From the NCBI GenBank assembly GCA_046331705.1, contig JAXLQJ010000004.1, forward strand, positions 62,001-126,000: a DNA stretch of 64,000 nucleotides, written 5' to 3'. Positions within the stretch are counted from its first letter, which is position 1; each line of letters starts with the position of its first letter. This DNA comes from a bacterium (lineage in GTDB: Bacteria; JADJOY01). The notes under the pieces were generated by a model. It was given only the letters and a program-made list of their open reading frames with translations, searched no databases and had not been told where the DNA came from. The position numbers and the translations under genes were made by a program. Shown here one piece after another: positions 52,567-62,971 of the stretch.

Positions 52567-54033
52567 TCAGAGGTATCCCAACCCCTCGAGTCGCCGCCTC
52601 ACGGCTTCGTCCATCTCGGGCTCCTCGCCGGTCTCACGCTGGCCGCCGGCCTCGGCTTCCCACGCGGTGAGCGCCTGGCGCAGCGCCAGGATCGCTCCCC
52701 GCTCGTCGCCGGCGCGATCACGTTGCTCGTTGGGGTCCGCGCCGAGGTGGAAGAGCTCCTCGCTTCCGTCCGAGGCGGTGACCCATTTCCAGCCATCGCT
52801 GGCTTGCACCGCGCGCAGCGAACGCCGCAGCGCATCACCGCGAAAGCCTGGATACCGCGCTTCCAGGGACTCCGCGTGCGGCTCGGGGCCGAGATACTCG
52901 GCGACCCGCAGGCGGTCGCCGAACGACACCGCGTCCTCCAGGGGACGGCTGCCGGGGGCCTTGGGACCCGGCGGCACCGCGAGGCCAGCGGCCTTCAGCA
53001 GCGTGGGGAAGACGTCGACCGTTTGGACCGGCGCGTCGACGGTGCGCCCGCGGCTCGCCGCATCTCCGGGGTACCGAACCATCAGCGGCACCCGGAGCAG
53101 AGTGTCGTAGAGGCAGTACTGGTGATCCATGCGGCCGTGGTCGCCGATGTTCTCGCCGTGATCGCTCGTCACCACCACCAGCGAGCGGTCGAGCCAAGCA
53201 CGTTGCCGGAGCACGGCGAAGAGCTCCTCCAGGCATTGGTCGAGATAGAGAAGCTCTCCGTCGTAGAGATCCTCGAGCACGCGGAAATCGTCCGCGGTCA
53301 TGGGTGCGCGACCGGTGAGATGGGCCCACGGGTCTTGATTGAGCCCGCGCACCCGCGCCGCATCCACGCCGGGAGCGGTGAAACGGTGGCGCCACGGCGC
53401 CGGAGCCAGGTACTTGAGATGCGCTTCCATCAGATTCACGAACAGGAAGAACGGCCGCTTCGCGTCCCGTTCGACCGCCCAGCGCCGCACCCAACGACCG
53501 ATCCGGCGCCCGCCCTTGTCGTAACGATCGGCCAGGAAGCGCTGGTAGACGCCGTTGGTCAGGTTGCGGAAGAAATCGCGCCCTGTGAGCTGCGCCACGG
53601 TCTCGCGCCACTTCTGCCAGGCGTCCTCGACGTGCACCCGATGAAGATCCTGCTCGGACTGGACGAGCTGCCAGACCTTGAAGAAGCGTTCGAAGCCGCG
53701 CGAGGTGCCGAACGTGTTCGAGATCCACGAGTTGCTCGACAAGCCGACGGTCTCGTAGCCCGCCACACGCAGCAGCTCGGCGAGATGCGGCACCTCCGGG
53801 TCGAGGAAACGGTGGTTCTCGTGAGCGCCGTGCTGCGACGGCATGCGCCCGGTGAACATCGAGGCGTGCGCCGGCAGGGTCCACGGCGAAGGCGACGTGG
53901 CGTCGCGATAGAGCGTGGCGTCGGCGAGAAAGCGATCGAGATTCGGCGTGGTGTCACGCCCGTAGCCGTAGGCGCGCAGATTGCGCGCGCGCACGGTGTC
54001 CATCACGATCAGCACCAGGTTGGGTCGATCCAT
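52567..54033 (-). CDS. Sulfatase-like alkaline-phosphatase-superfamily protein (Thr at the nucleophile position)
   Basis: PNLVLIVMDTVRA, TPNLD, SPWTLPAHASMFTG, PFFLFVNLMEAH, YDGEL, TSDHGE, DVFPT, C-terminal LEGLGYL. Confidence 0.9.
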   Translation of the reverse strand: MDRPNLVLIVMDTVRARNLRAYGYGRDTTPNLDRFLADATLYRDATSPSPWTLPAHASMFTGRMPSQHGAHENHRFLDPEVPHLAELLRVAGYETVGLSSNSWISNTFGTSRGFERFFKVWQLVQSEQDLHRVHVEDAWQKWRETVAQLTGRDFFRNLTNGVYQRFLADRYDKGGRRIGRWVRRWAVERDAKRPFFLFVNLMEAHLKYLAPAPWRHRFTAPGVDAARVRGLNQDPWAHLTGRAPMTADDFRVLEDLYDGELLYLDQCLEELFAVLRQRAWLDRSLVVVTSDHGENIGDHGRMDHQYCLYDTLLRVPLMVRYPGDAASRGRTVDAPVQTVDVFPTLLKAAGLAVPPGPKAPGSRPLEDAVSFGDRLRVAEYLGPEPHAESLEARYPGFRGDALRRSLRAVQASDGWKWVTASDGSEELFHLGADPNEQRDRAGDERGAILALRQALTAWEAEAGGQRETGEEPEMDEAVRRRLEGLGYL

Positions 54034-54065
54034 CCTCGTTCCTCCGCACGCGCCGTTGCGCCGCG

Positions 54066-55297
54066 TCAGCCGACCGCGTCGCTCGCCTGCGCCGCGGCGG
54101 GAGGCCGCACGCGGCTCGGCGGTTCGACCACGCGACGCTCCAACCGCTCGCACGTCGCCCTCACCCACTCGTCCACCGGCCACGCGCTCTCCACCTCCTC
54201 GAGCTCGGCGCGGCGGGTGGTGGTCGCGGGTTTGCGCGCAGCAGAAAGCTACAACAATCGCCGTGGGGCTGGATCGAGATCTCGAACGTGCCGAGCCGCT
54301 CGGCCTCCTCGACGATCTCGTTCTTGTTCATGCCGACCAGCGGCCGGAGCATCGGCAGCTCGGCGACCGCGTCGACCGTGGCGAGGTTCTCGAGCGTCTG
54401 CGACGCCACCTGCCCCACGCTCTCGCCCGTGACGAGCGCCAGCGCGCGCTCGCGGCGCGCCACCACGTTGGCGACGCGGACCATGAACCGGCGATAGAGG
54501 ATCACCCTGAGCGGCGCCGGCGCCCGCGCCACGAGCTCCTTCTGGAGGTCGGCGAATGGGCAGAGGTAGAACACCGACTTCCCCTGGATGCGCGCGAGAC
54601 GCTCGACGACTTCCAACGTCTTTTCCTGCGATGCAGCATCGGTGAACGGATGGCTGTGGAAGTGCAAGAACACGCAGCGCGCGCCGCGCTTCATCAACCG
54701 CCAGGCGGCCACCGGCGAATCGATTCCCCCGCTCACCAGCGCGACCACCGTGCCGGCGGTTCCCACCGGCAAGCCGCCGGCGCCGCGAAAACGGTCGAAC
54801 GAGAGCAGCAGGTCGCGCGGCAGCACCTCGACACGCACCCACTGCGCCGGCTTCTTGAGATCCACGGCGATCCCCGTGCGGGCGACGATCGCCGCGCCCA
54901 CCAGCGCACCGATCTCCTGCGAGCTCTCGGGGACCGACTTGTACCCGCGGCGCGCCTTCACGCCGAACGAGGCAGGCCGACGCGCGGCGACCACCTCCGC
55001 GGCGCTCTCGGCGACGCGTTCGAGCTCGAGGGGAAAACGCATCGCGGGCGCGAAGCTCTCGACGCCCGGCACCCACTCGAGCCGCTCGCGCACGCGCGCC
55101 GCCTCCACCGGCGACGTGAAGCTGACGAGGATCCGACCGGGCAGCCGGATCACCGCCCGCAGCGGCAGATCGCCGAGCACCCGCTCCAGATTGGCGCAGA
55201 GCTTCAGCTCGAACCGCGGACGATTGCCGCCCTTCAGCCCGATCTCGTGGTAGTGAACGAGGACGGTTTGCCAGCCCGAATCGAACGAGAGGGGCAT
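54066..55297 (-). CDS. thiI: tRNA 4-thiouridine synthase ThiI (one frameshift near the 3' end)
   Basis: HYHEIGLKGGNR, GGLPVGTAG, LVSGGIDSPVA, TGESVGQVASQTLENL, LRPL, DCC. Adding one base near 54238 restores PRKPATT...EEVE and a stop at 54066. Confidence 0.92.
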
Positions 55298-55332
55298 GTC
55301 GGGATGGATGTTCCAGCGTCGGAGAAGAACGT

Positions 55333-56790
55333 GTGGAGGGCGGCGGCGCCGACGCTGCTGCGCGATCGCGACGGCGCGCGTGCTCGGCACGCCCCCGCTC
55401 CGCGACCCGCGACGAGACGCCGAAGCGCCGGACGAGCGTGGAGATCGCTCGCGGGATCCGAAGCGAGCGCCGAGTGTACCGGTACCCCCGGGCAGCGTCC
55501 ACCGTGAGCCTCGCGGACCGCGACCCGGCACATCTCGCGTCCGAGCCGGCGCTACGGCGCGTTCGCCCGGCCGGCGACGGCGACGCCGTCACCGCCTTCC
55601 GCGCGATCGATGCGCTGGCGGTGGTCGCGGCGGCGATCACGCTCGCGCTCTTCGAGGGCCCCGTCAGCCTCCGCAAGCTGCGCGCGGACCTCGCGGGATT
55701 TCCGTCCGACGTCTCCGTCGCGAAGCTCGTGTTGGGGCGGCTGGTGTGGATCGCGTGGCTGGCGCCGCTGTTCCTGGTGCTGTGGCGGCTGGGCGCGCGA
55801 GAGCTGACGCGCCGCCGCCGCCTGCCCGAGCGAGTCGCGTTGGCCGCGGAGGCGCTGCCGTTCGTGCCCTTCCTGTGGCTCGCGCTCGGCTTCGCTCCGG
55901 GCTGGGGAAACACCGTCCCGGAAGCGTGGAGCTCCGCGATGCTGTTGCTCTTCCTGGGGGTCGTCGCGACCAGCAGCGCGCTGCGCCTCGCGCTCTGGCA
56001 CTCCACGTGCCTCGCCTCGCGCTCCGTGAGGCAGCGGTCGCTGGCGCTGGCGATATTCCTCGCGATGGGTGTGGCGCTCGGTCTCGGCACGCGGATCGCC
56101 GCGCCGATCGACGCCCAGCCGCACTGGAGCACCCTCGCCGATCGCTCGCCGTACTGGCCGACGCGCGGCTACGTCGTGCTGTGGACGGCCTGGGTGACGT
56201 GGCTCGCGGTGCCGGCTCTGGTTCTGCCGGGACTGCTTCTCGCGAGGCGCCGTCCCCGTGCCGCGCAGCTCACCGCCCTGGCGCTGGCAGGCGCAGCGAT
56301 CGCGCTCGGCCTGGTTGCGGCGAGTGCGGCGCGGGCGACGTGGGATCGGCGCTTCGTGGCAGCGCATTGCGTCCCGGGCGCCTCCGCCAGCACGCTCGTC
56401 GCGGGACGCCCGTTCGAAGGACGCGTCGTGCCCGTGCCCGGGAAAGTCGTGTGGCGATTCGCGCCGGGGATCCTGCAGGGGCTCGGCGTGCGAACCGTCG
56501 ACCTGCGCGTCCGAACCGCGCCGCTGCCCCAGGCCGGTTATTGGTATCGGGCCGCGGAGGAAGTCGAGATCGAGGTGAGGGTGGCGACCGATGGCCGGGA
56601 GATCGCCTTGGACCGCTGGCGCATCGATCCGCGCGCGCGGGCCACGGATCGCCCGCCGCGTGAGCTCGTGCGCACCCTCACGTTGCTCCCGGGGCGAGCG
56701 CTCGACGTCTGGGTGCGCGCGGCCGCGACGCATCCGAGCGCGACCCCGCTGCCCATCCTCGCCACCGCCGAGGTCACGCCCGCGCAGTGA
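55333..56790 (+). CDS. Multi-pass membrane hypothetical protein with a C-terminal soluble domain
   Basis: Long ORF with about 7-8 hydrophobic helices. The true start may be a downstream GTG (55438 or 55504). Confidence 0.55.
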   Translation: MEGGGADAAARSRRRACSARPRSATRDETPKRRTSVEIARGIRSERRVYRYPRAASTVSLADRDPAHLASEPALRRVRPAGDGDAVTAFRAIDALAVVAAAITLALFEGPVSLRKLRADLAGFPSDVSVAKLVLGRLVWIAWLAPLFLVLWRLGARELTRRRRLPERVALAAEALPFVPFLWLALGFAPGWGNTVPEAWSSAMLLLFLGVVATSSALRLALWHSTCLASRSVRQRSLALAIFLAMGVALGLGTRIAAPIDAQPHWSTLADRSPYWPTRGYVVLWTAWVTWLAVPALVLPGLLLARRRPRAAQLTALALAGAAIALGLVAASAARATWDRRFVAAHCVPGASASTLVAGRPFEGRVVPVPGKVVWRFAPGILQGLGVRTVDLRVRTAPLPQAGYWYRAAEEVEIEVRVATDGREIALDRWRIDPRARATDRPPRELVRTLTLLPGRALDVWVRAAATHPSATPLPILATAEVTPAQ

Positions 56791-58646
56791 GCGGTCGCAC
56801 CACGCCGCGCGATCCGTCCACCTCCACCCAGGTGCCGACGGCGAGCGCGGCAGTGGCACCCGCGACCCCCATCACCGCCGGCACTCCGAGCTCGCGGGCG
56901 ACGATCGCGAGGTGGCTGAGCAAGCCGCCGCGCTCGCATACCAGCGCGCTCGCCCGCGCCAGCAGGGCCGCGTGGTGCGGATTCGCGTCGTCGAGAACCA
57001 GCACCACGTGCGCGTCGCGCGGATCGGCCGCGGTCAGCGTGTCGCCCGCGTGGAAGACGCGCCCGCGCATCGAGCCGGCGCTCGCCGCGATGCCGAAGAG
57101 CGTCGCCTGAGCCGCGCACGCCAGGCGTGCCTGCGCGCGCATCGAGGGCGGCGCGCCACCCGCCGCGTCCGTCACGATGGCGGGCGCGCGGGAGCGCCGG
57201 GCCGCGTCGAGCTCGGCGCGCCGCTCGCGAACGCGCACCCGGAGCTCGCCCGAGCCTTCGGCCGCCGCCAGCCACTCGTTCAGCCGCAGGTGGAAGACGT
57301 CGTCCGCACGCTCGAGCTTTCCCGCGGCCACCAGCGCCTCCCCCTCCGCCAGGAGCGCTGCGCGCAGGCTCGCGGACGCGCGTGTGGCGCGGTCGCGGCA
57401 GCGCACCCGCCGCGCCATGGCGAATGCGCCGAGCGCGACGAGGCCATCGAGCCACCACTCGAGCGGATCGAGCCAGGCGAGGCGCCACCACGGAACGTGA
57501 GCCTCGGCAACCGCCGCCGGCATCGGCATCGACGCCGCAACGATCGCGTCGAGCTCGCCGAGAACGGCGGGGCCGTCCGACCAACGCGCCCCCGCGAGCG
57601 TGCGTTCGCCGGGACCGCGGTGGCCGTGCCGACGCAACAGCGCGTCGATCGCCGCCAGGCGGTCGGGCTGATTCGCGACGCGAGCTCGAACCGCGTCCCA
57701 GGTCGCGACGCCGGCGCGCAGCGACGCGGGCACGAGGCGGTCGAACCTCGCCAGGTCATCCGCGAGGCGCGCGGCGTGCGTCACCTCGGGGCGCTGGATC
57801 CGTCGCAGCCGAGCGGGCGATGGAGCGCCTCGCGCCGCCGCCACGCGCGACGAAGCGGCGAGCAACCGGGTCGCGCACGCCGTCCACGCGAGCATCGGCT
57901 CCAACGCGTCCCGGGCGATGTGTCGCATCGAGTCGAGGGCCGCGCGCGGCGTCAAGCGAGCGCCCGCGCGCACCTGGCCGCGACGCCGGATCCGCGCGCG
58001 GGGAGGAGCAGATCGCGCGCGAGCACCCTGACGCGACGCGCGGCGGCACGCATGGGGTCGATCGGCGCCGCCTCCGCGCCGCGCGCCGCCGAGCCACCAC
58101 GCGCAGCCTCGAACGACACGTAAGGCCGCTGCCCGAGGAACGTGACGTCGTCCCTCGCCGCCCTTCCACGAGCAGCCGATCCCAACCCCACGCCGACTCG
58201 ACCAGCTCGCGCTCGAGCGTCGAAACCGGGTCCGCCGCGAGATCGACGCCTGCCCCCGCCACCCAGCTTCGCGCCCACACGACCTCGGCGAGCGGCTCGC
58301 ACGAATGAACCTCGAGCGCGCCGTCGGGAGTCGCGGACGCACCAACCGCGACGCGCAGCGTCCGCCCGGTCAACAGCTCGAGCCAGCGTGCCAGCTCGAT
58401 CCGCTCGATCGCCGCCGCGTCTCAGCCGCCCACGTCGCGCGGGTCAGCCGATCGACCTCGAGCGCGCACCGTCGGTCCCGTGCTCGATGCGCGCCACGTG
58501 CGCGGGCCGCCGCGCGGCAGACGCGTGCAGACGTCGAATAGGTCCTCCGCCGCCGAGCCGGGCGCAGGGCGCCGGGCGCTCGCGTCCGGCGCGCGCCGAT
58601 CGAGCTCGAGCGGCGCCACGCGCACTCCTGCCCGCGCCAAGCGCAT
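56774..58646 (-). CDS. PEP-utilising enzyme (phosphohistidine swivel domain) protein, RPH/PpsA-like; frameshifted 5' half
   Basis: C-terminal GIAASAG...GRV, LVCERGGLLSHLAIVARELGVPAV, VEVDGSRG; middle HGHRGPGE and DDVFHL. The N-terminal part is split over ORFs 58422, 57756 and 57952. Confidence 0.7.
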
Positions 58647-59008
58647 CAGTCGAGGTGCCTGCACCCGCCCACCACGTCGCTCGGCCGCAGGCTCAGCGAG
58701 CCGCGGCCGGCCCCGCCCGCCGCCAGCAGCGGGCAGCCGAGCTCGCCGAGGCCCCGCACCACCAGCGCCGCACCGACCGCGTAACCGATCAACGCCAGTC
58801 GATTGAACGGATAGAGCCCGGTGGCCAACCACAAGAGCAGCAGCACCGTGGAGATCGCCCACAGCACCACGGCTGCGAGCAAGCCGAAGGTGAGCACGTA
58901 CGTGGTGCCGACCAGAAACCCCAGGAAGGCCGGAACCACGAAGTTCCACGCCAGTGGCACCAGCGGCACGCCGAGCGCGAGCACCGCGAATCGAGGCGAG
59001 TCGGTCAT
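58646..59008 (-). CDS. Small membrane hypothetical protein
   Basis: 120-aa hydrophobic ORF; its stop overlaps the next ATG (TGATG). Confidence 0.5.
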   Translation of the reverse strand: MTDSPRFAVLALGVPLVPLAWNFVVPAFLGFLVGTTYVLTFGLLAAVVLWAISTVLLLLWLATGLYPFNRLALIGYAVGAALVVRGLGELGCPLLAAGGAGRGSLSLRPSDVVGGCRHLD

Positions 59009-59075
59009 GGGACACGAGCGCGCGAGCCGCGCGGAGCACCGGGCGCGCGCTCACGCGCGGTGGCCCGCACGCGAC

Positions 59076-60662
59076 CTACGCGGCGTTGGCGACGCGCATT
59101 CCACCCCTGGGCGCACCGGCCGCCGGGTCGGGCTCGGACCAGCGCACGTGCTCGGGCCGGAACGTGCGCCCCGTGAGCTTGCGCACCAAGTAGTCGCGGT
59201 ACTTGATGCGCGTCCAGATCCGATAGAGATCGTTACGGGCGCCTTTGGTCTTGTAGCTCAGCCAGTAGGTCGCCACGGTGCTCACGATCGTGCCTGCGTA
59301 GGGCAGGAACCGCTCCAGGCGGTGCGCGAGCAGAAACCGCGTCCACCTGGCGGGCAGCAGGCCCGCGAGAATCAGCAGCGTCTGGAAGCGGGCATTCGAC
59401 CGACGGAACAGGTGTCCGCCGGTGAGCACGGAGGGCGCGGCCTCGCCGGTGCGGATCCTGCGCGCGAGCTCGTCGCCGACCTCACCGCTCGCGATGGCCT
59501 CCTCCGTCATGTCGGTGCCCGGCAGATACGCGAGCCAGAAAACGTTGATCCGCGCCACCGGGTTGTCCAGGTAAAAGCGCACGGTGTTGCGCAGGTCCTC
59601 CTCCGTCTGGCCCGGGACGCTCAGGATGTGGTCGACGGCGACGGTGATGCCCGCCTCGTGGAGCAGCTCGATGGCGCGCTCCACGCGCTTGATCGACTCG
59701 GAGCGCTTGAGGATGCCGCTGCGCACGTCCTCGTTGAGCGACTGCACACCCATCTGGACGTCGACGCAGCCCGACTGCTTGAGGAGCTGCGACGTGAGCG
59801 GCGTGATCGCGCCGGGATGCACCTGGGTCCAGAACGGGATCTTGAGCCGCGAGCCGTAGAGCTCGGCGAAGTCGCGGAGCCACGTCGGATTGGTCGTGAA
59901 GTTGTCGTCGATGAAGCGGATGAAGTGGATGTCCGCCTCGCCGCGATTGCGCTCGATCTCCTCGACGACGTGCTCGGGCGCGCGTCGCCACTCGTAGGTG
60001 GGAGAGTCGATGACCCGGCGCAGCGCGGTCTTGTAGCAGAAGCTGCAGCGTTCGGGACAACCACGCTGCGCGAACGTGTTGTAGCCGATGCGGAAGAGCG
60101 GATGCTCTTCCCAGTAGATCTGCTTGTCGGGCGGCGGCAGCTCGTCGAGACCGGACCACAGCGGCCGCATCGGGTTCGAGACGGGCTCCGAGCCGTCGCG
60201 AAACACCAGGCTCGGAATCTGGCGCAGCCGCGCCGCGGATACGTCCCCCGATTCGAGGGCACGCACGAGCTCGACGAGCGTGTGCTCGCCCTCGGCGCGC
60301 ACCACGTAATCGACCTCGGGGTGCGAGATCACCTCGAGCGGCTCGACGGTGGGATGGATGCCGCCGAACGCGATGGGAACCGGGCTCACCTCCTTGATGG
60401 CGCGCGCCGTCGCGAGGCCCCATTGGTAGAGGAAGCTCGTGACCGAGAAGCACACCAGATCCGGCTTCAGCGCGCGGATCTTCTCGAGCGTGGCGCGGCG
60501 AAAGCCGAGCCAGCGATTCACGGGCGAGAGACGGATGTAGGGATCGTCGAAGAGCGCAGGCTCGAAGACGAGCTTGGTGCGGTGCCCGGCCTGCTTGAGC
60601 GCTGCCGAGAGCATCTCGACGCCGAGGCTCTCGTACCCCGGATAGACGAAGGCGACGTCCAT
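59076..60662 (-). CDS. B12-binding-domain radical SAM protein
   Basis: ESLGVEMLSAALK, FGGIHPT, AEGE, QRGCPERCSFC, FIDDNF, MGVQS, YLPGT. Confidence 0.9.
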   Translation of the reverse strand: MDVAFVYPGYESLGVEMLSAALKQAGHRTKLVFEPALFDDPYIRLSPVNRWLGFRRATLEKIRALKPDLVCFSVTSFLYQWGLATARAIKEVSPVPIAFGGIHPTVEPLEVISHPEVDYVVRAEGEHTLVELVRALESGDVSAARLRQIPSLVFRDGSEPVSNPMRPLWSGLDELPPPDKQIYWEEHPLFRIGYNTFAQRGCPERCSFCYKTALRRVIDSPTYEWRRAPEHVVEEIERNRGEADIHFIRFIDDNFTTNPTWLRDFAELYGSRLKIPFWTQVHPGAITPLTSQLLKQSGCVDVQMGVQSLNEDVRSGILKRSESIKRVERAIELLHEAGITVAVDHILSVPGQTEEDLRNTVRFYLDNPVARINVFWLAYLPGTDMTEEAIASGEVGDELARRIRTGEAAPSVLTGGHLFRRSNARFQTLLILAGLLPARWTRFLLAHRLERFLPYAGTIVSTVATYWLSYKTKGARNDLYRIWTRIKYRDYLVRKLTGRTFRPEHVRWSEPDPAAGAPRGGMRVANAA

Positions 60663-60913
60663 GTGTGTGATGGGCCTCGATCGCGCGAGCGGGACGGGAA
60701 CGGGATTATTCCCGTTTCGCGGCTGGGGGTCCAATGCAGCGCGACTCGGGGCTCGCGGCACCGCCGCAGCCGCCGCGCGTGTTCCCGCGGCGCGTGCTTG
60801 CGATCCGCGTCCGCGCGGCCCTACGCTTCGCGCCCGTCCCCGCACGTCGCTCGAGGTATGCCACGACCGCAAGCTCGCCAGCGCCCGCCCGCCGGCAACC
60901 ACCGACCACGCGC

Positions 60914-62971
60914 GTGAACGGCGGCGACGCGCGAGCGCGCTCGCGGCTCGCGATCCCGTGTCTGGCCGGCCTGGCGATCGCCGTGGGTCTCCTCGGCGCG
61001 TGGGGCGTCGGCGTCGGCGAGACGGCGCAGCTCGGCATCGCAACCGTGCTGCTCGTGGGCCTTCCCGGTTGGGTGCTCACCCAGCCGCTCGCGGCGGCGC
61101 TCGATCGCGACGAGCGGTGCGTGGTCGCGGGCAATCTCGGCTTGGCGACGACGGCGCTCGTCCACCTGCTCTGGAACAGTCACCTGGCACCGATCGCCTG
61201 GCTGCCCGACACGACCACGGCGCTGCGCGCCGGGTGCGCCGGCGCGACGCTGGTGGCGGCAATCCGGTGGCTGCGTGCGCGCCGCGCGCCGGCTCCGCGC
61301 GCGAGCGAGGCAAGGCGCGGCGCGGGATGGCTCACGCTGGCGATGGCGCTCGCGCCCATCCCCGCGCTGCTGCCGTTCGCCACTCCCAACGGCCAGCTCG
61401 ACGCCACCGGCATCCGCTTCGACATGGACGAGCTCACGCACTTCTACCTGGTGGGCTCGCTGCTGCGCGAAGGACCGCCCAGCGTGAGCACGCTGGCGGG
61501 CTTTCCGATGCCGCCCTACCAATTCCTGGTCCCCTCGCTGACGGCCGCCTATCTGCGGATCGTCGACGTGGACCCGATCGTGCTGCAGTGCCGCTGGCTG
61601 CCGCTCGTCACGATCGCGCTCGCCTCGGCGAGCTTCTGGATCCTGGCGCGCCGCTGGCTCACGAGCGCGCACGCGGCCGTCCTCGCCACGCTGGCGCTCG
61701 CCTACGCCGGCGATCCGGTGACCACCTGGGGCCTCACCAGCCAGACCCATTCCGCCGTGGCGTACGCGAGCTTCGCCTGCGCGACGTTTCTGCTCGGCGC
61801 CGGCAGCGAACCGAGCCCGCCGCGCGTGGGGGCTGCCGCGGGCGGCGGCCGAGCGGCCGCGCTCGTCGCGGCAGGCGTGCTCGTCGCGACGCTCTTTCAG
61901 AGCAAGGCGCCGCTCTTCTTCACCGCAGCCGGCGCGCTCGGGACGTTCGCGCTCGATGGCCTGTGGCGGCGCCGCGACCCACGCGGCGTGGCGGCGCTGG
62001 CGGCGATGATCGCGTCGGTTGCCGTCATCGGCATCGATCATTGGGGATCGGTGCGCGGCTCGCCGCTCGGCCTCGCGCCAGGCGCCAACGTCGCCGCGGC
62101 GCTGGCGTCGCTCCCCGCGCCTTGGAACGTGCTCGGAGGATCGCGCGCGATCGGCTTCGTGCTCGGGCTCGTGCTCATCGTCGCGCTGGTCGGCAACCTG
62201 CGCTGGCTCGCGCTGCCATGGTGGCTGCGCCGCGCACGGCGCAGCCGATCGATCTCCCCGGCCACCGGGTTCTTGCTCGCGGCGATCGCGGGCGGGCTGG
62301 TGGCGGCCGACGTCGTCCACGAGCCGGATCACCCCGCGAGCCTCGCGCCGCTCTGGTTCGTCCAGCATCCGCTCTTGATCGCGTCTCAGCTGGCGGCGGG
62401 CGCCGCGGCGTCCGCTTGGCTGCTCGCGGCCCCGCGCGCCGCGTACCGACGCCGCTGCGCCGCCCTGGCGGCCCTCGCGCTGGGATCGACGGCGCTCTTC
62501 ACGATCGCATTGGGAGTCGGCGACGACCCGCTGCGCTTCGAGCGAGCGGAGCGCGACTGCGGCGCCTGGCTGCGTGAGCACAGCGCGCTCGATGCTCGCG
62601 TGCTGCATGCCCCGGCGCGAACCGGCCTGCCGATCTTCTCGCTGCGCGCCTCGGTGCTCGCGCTGGAGCCGATCCTGAAGGGCGAGAAGCCCAACGCGAT
62701 CGCGCCGACCGAATACCTCGATCGCCTGCACGCGACCGTCGCGGCGCGACGCGCCGAGGTGGAGCGCTTCTTCGCGACGCCTGACGCGGAAGAGGCGCGC
62801 GCCATCGCCCGACGCCTGGACGCGTCGTTCCTCTTCCTCGGCGAGCACGATCCGATCGCCGTCGACCCGACGACGACCTTCGGAGCGCCCCTCACCAGCT
62901 GCGGCGAGGGCGGACGGGTGTTCCCGCTGGCGCGAGCGACGAGTCCCGGGGACGCGCCGCTGGCGCGCTGA
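60914..62971 (+). CDS. Large multi-pass membrane protein (possibly GT-C-like)
   Basis: Many TM helices, an acidic loop DMDELTH and a soluble C-terminal segment. The start is uncertain (the ORF opens at 60734). Confidence 0.55.
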   Translation: MNGGDARARSRLAIPCLAGLAIAVGLLGAWGVGVGETAQLGIATVLLVGLPGWVLTQPLAAALDRDERCVVAGNLGLATTALVHLLWNSHLAPIAWLPDTTTALRAGCAGATLVAAIRWLRARRAPAPRASEARRGAGWLTLAMALAPIPALLPFATPNGQLDATGIRFDMDELTHFYLVGSLLREGPPSVSTLAGFPMPPYQFLVPSLTAAYLRIVDVDPIVLQCRWLPLVTIALASASFWILARRWLTSAHAAVLATLALAYAGDPVTTWGLTSQTHSAVAYASFACATFLLGAGSEPSPPRVGAAAGGGRAAALVAAGVLVATLFQSKAPLFFTAAGALGTFALDGLWRRRDPRGVAALAAMIASVAVIGIDHWGSVRGSPLGLAPGANVAAALASLPAPWNVLGGSRAIGFVLGLVLIVALVGNLRWLALPWWLRRARRSRSISPATGFLLAAIAGGLVAADVVHEPDHPASLAPLWFVQHPLLIASQLAAGAAASAWLLAAPRAAYRRRCAALAALALGSTALFTIALGVGDDPLRFERAERDCGAWLREHSALDARVLHAPARTGLPIFSLRASVLALEPILKGEKPNAIAPTEYLDRLHATVAARRAEVERFFATPDAEEARAIARRLDASFLFLGEHDPIAVDPTTTFGAPLTSCGEGGRVFPLARATSPGDAPLAR

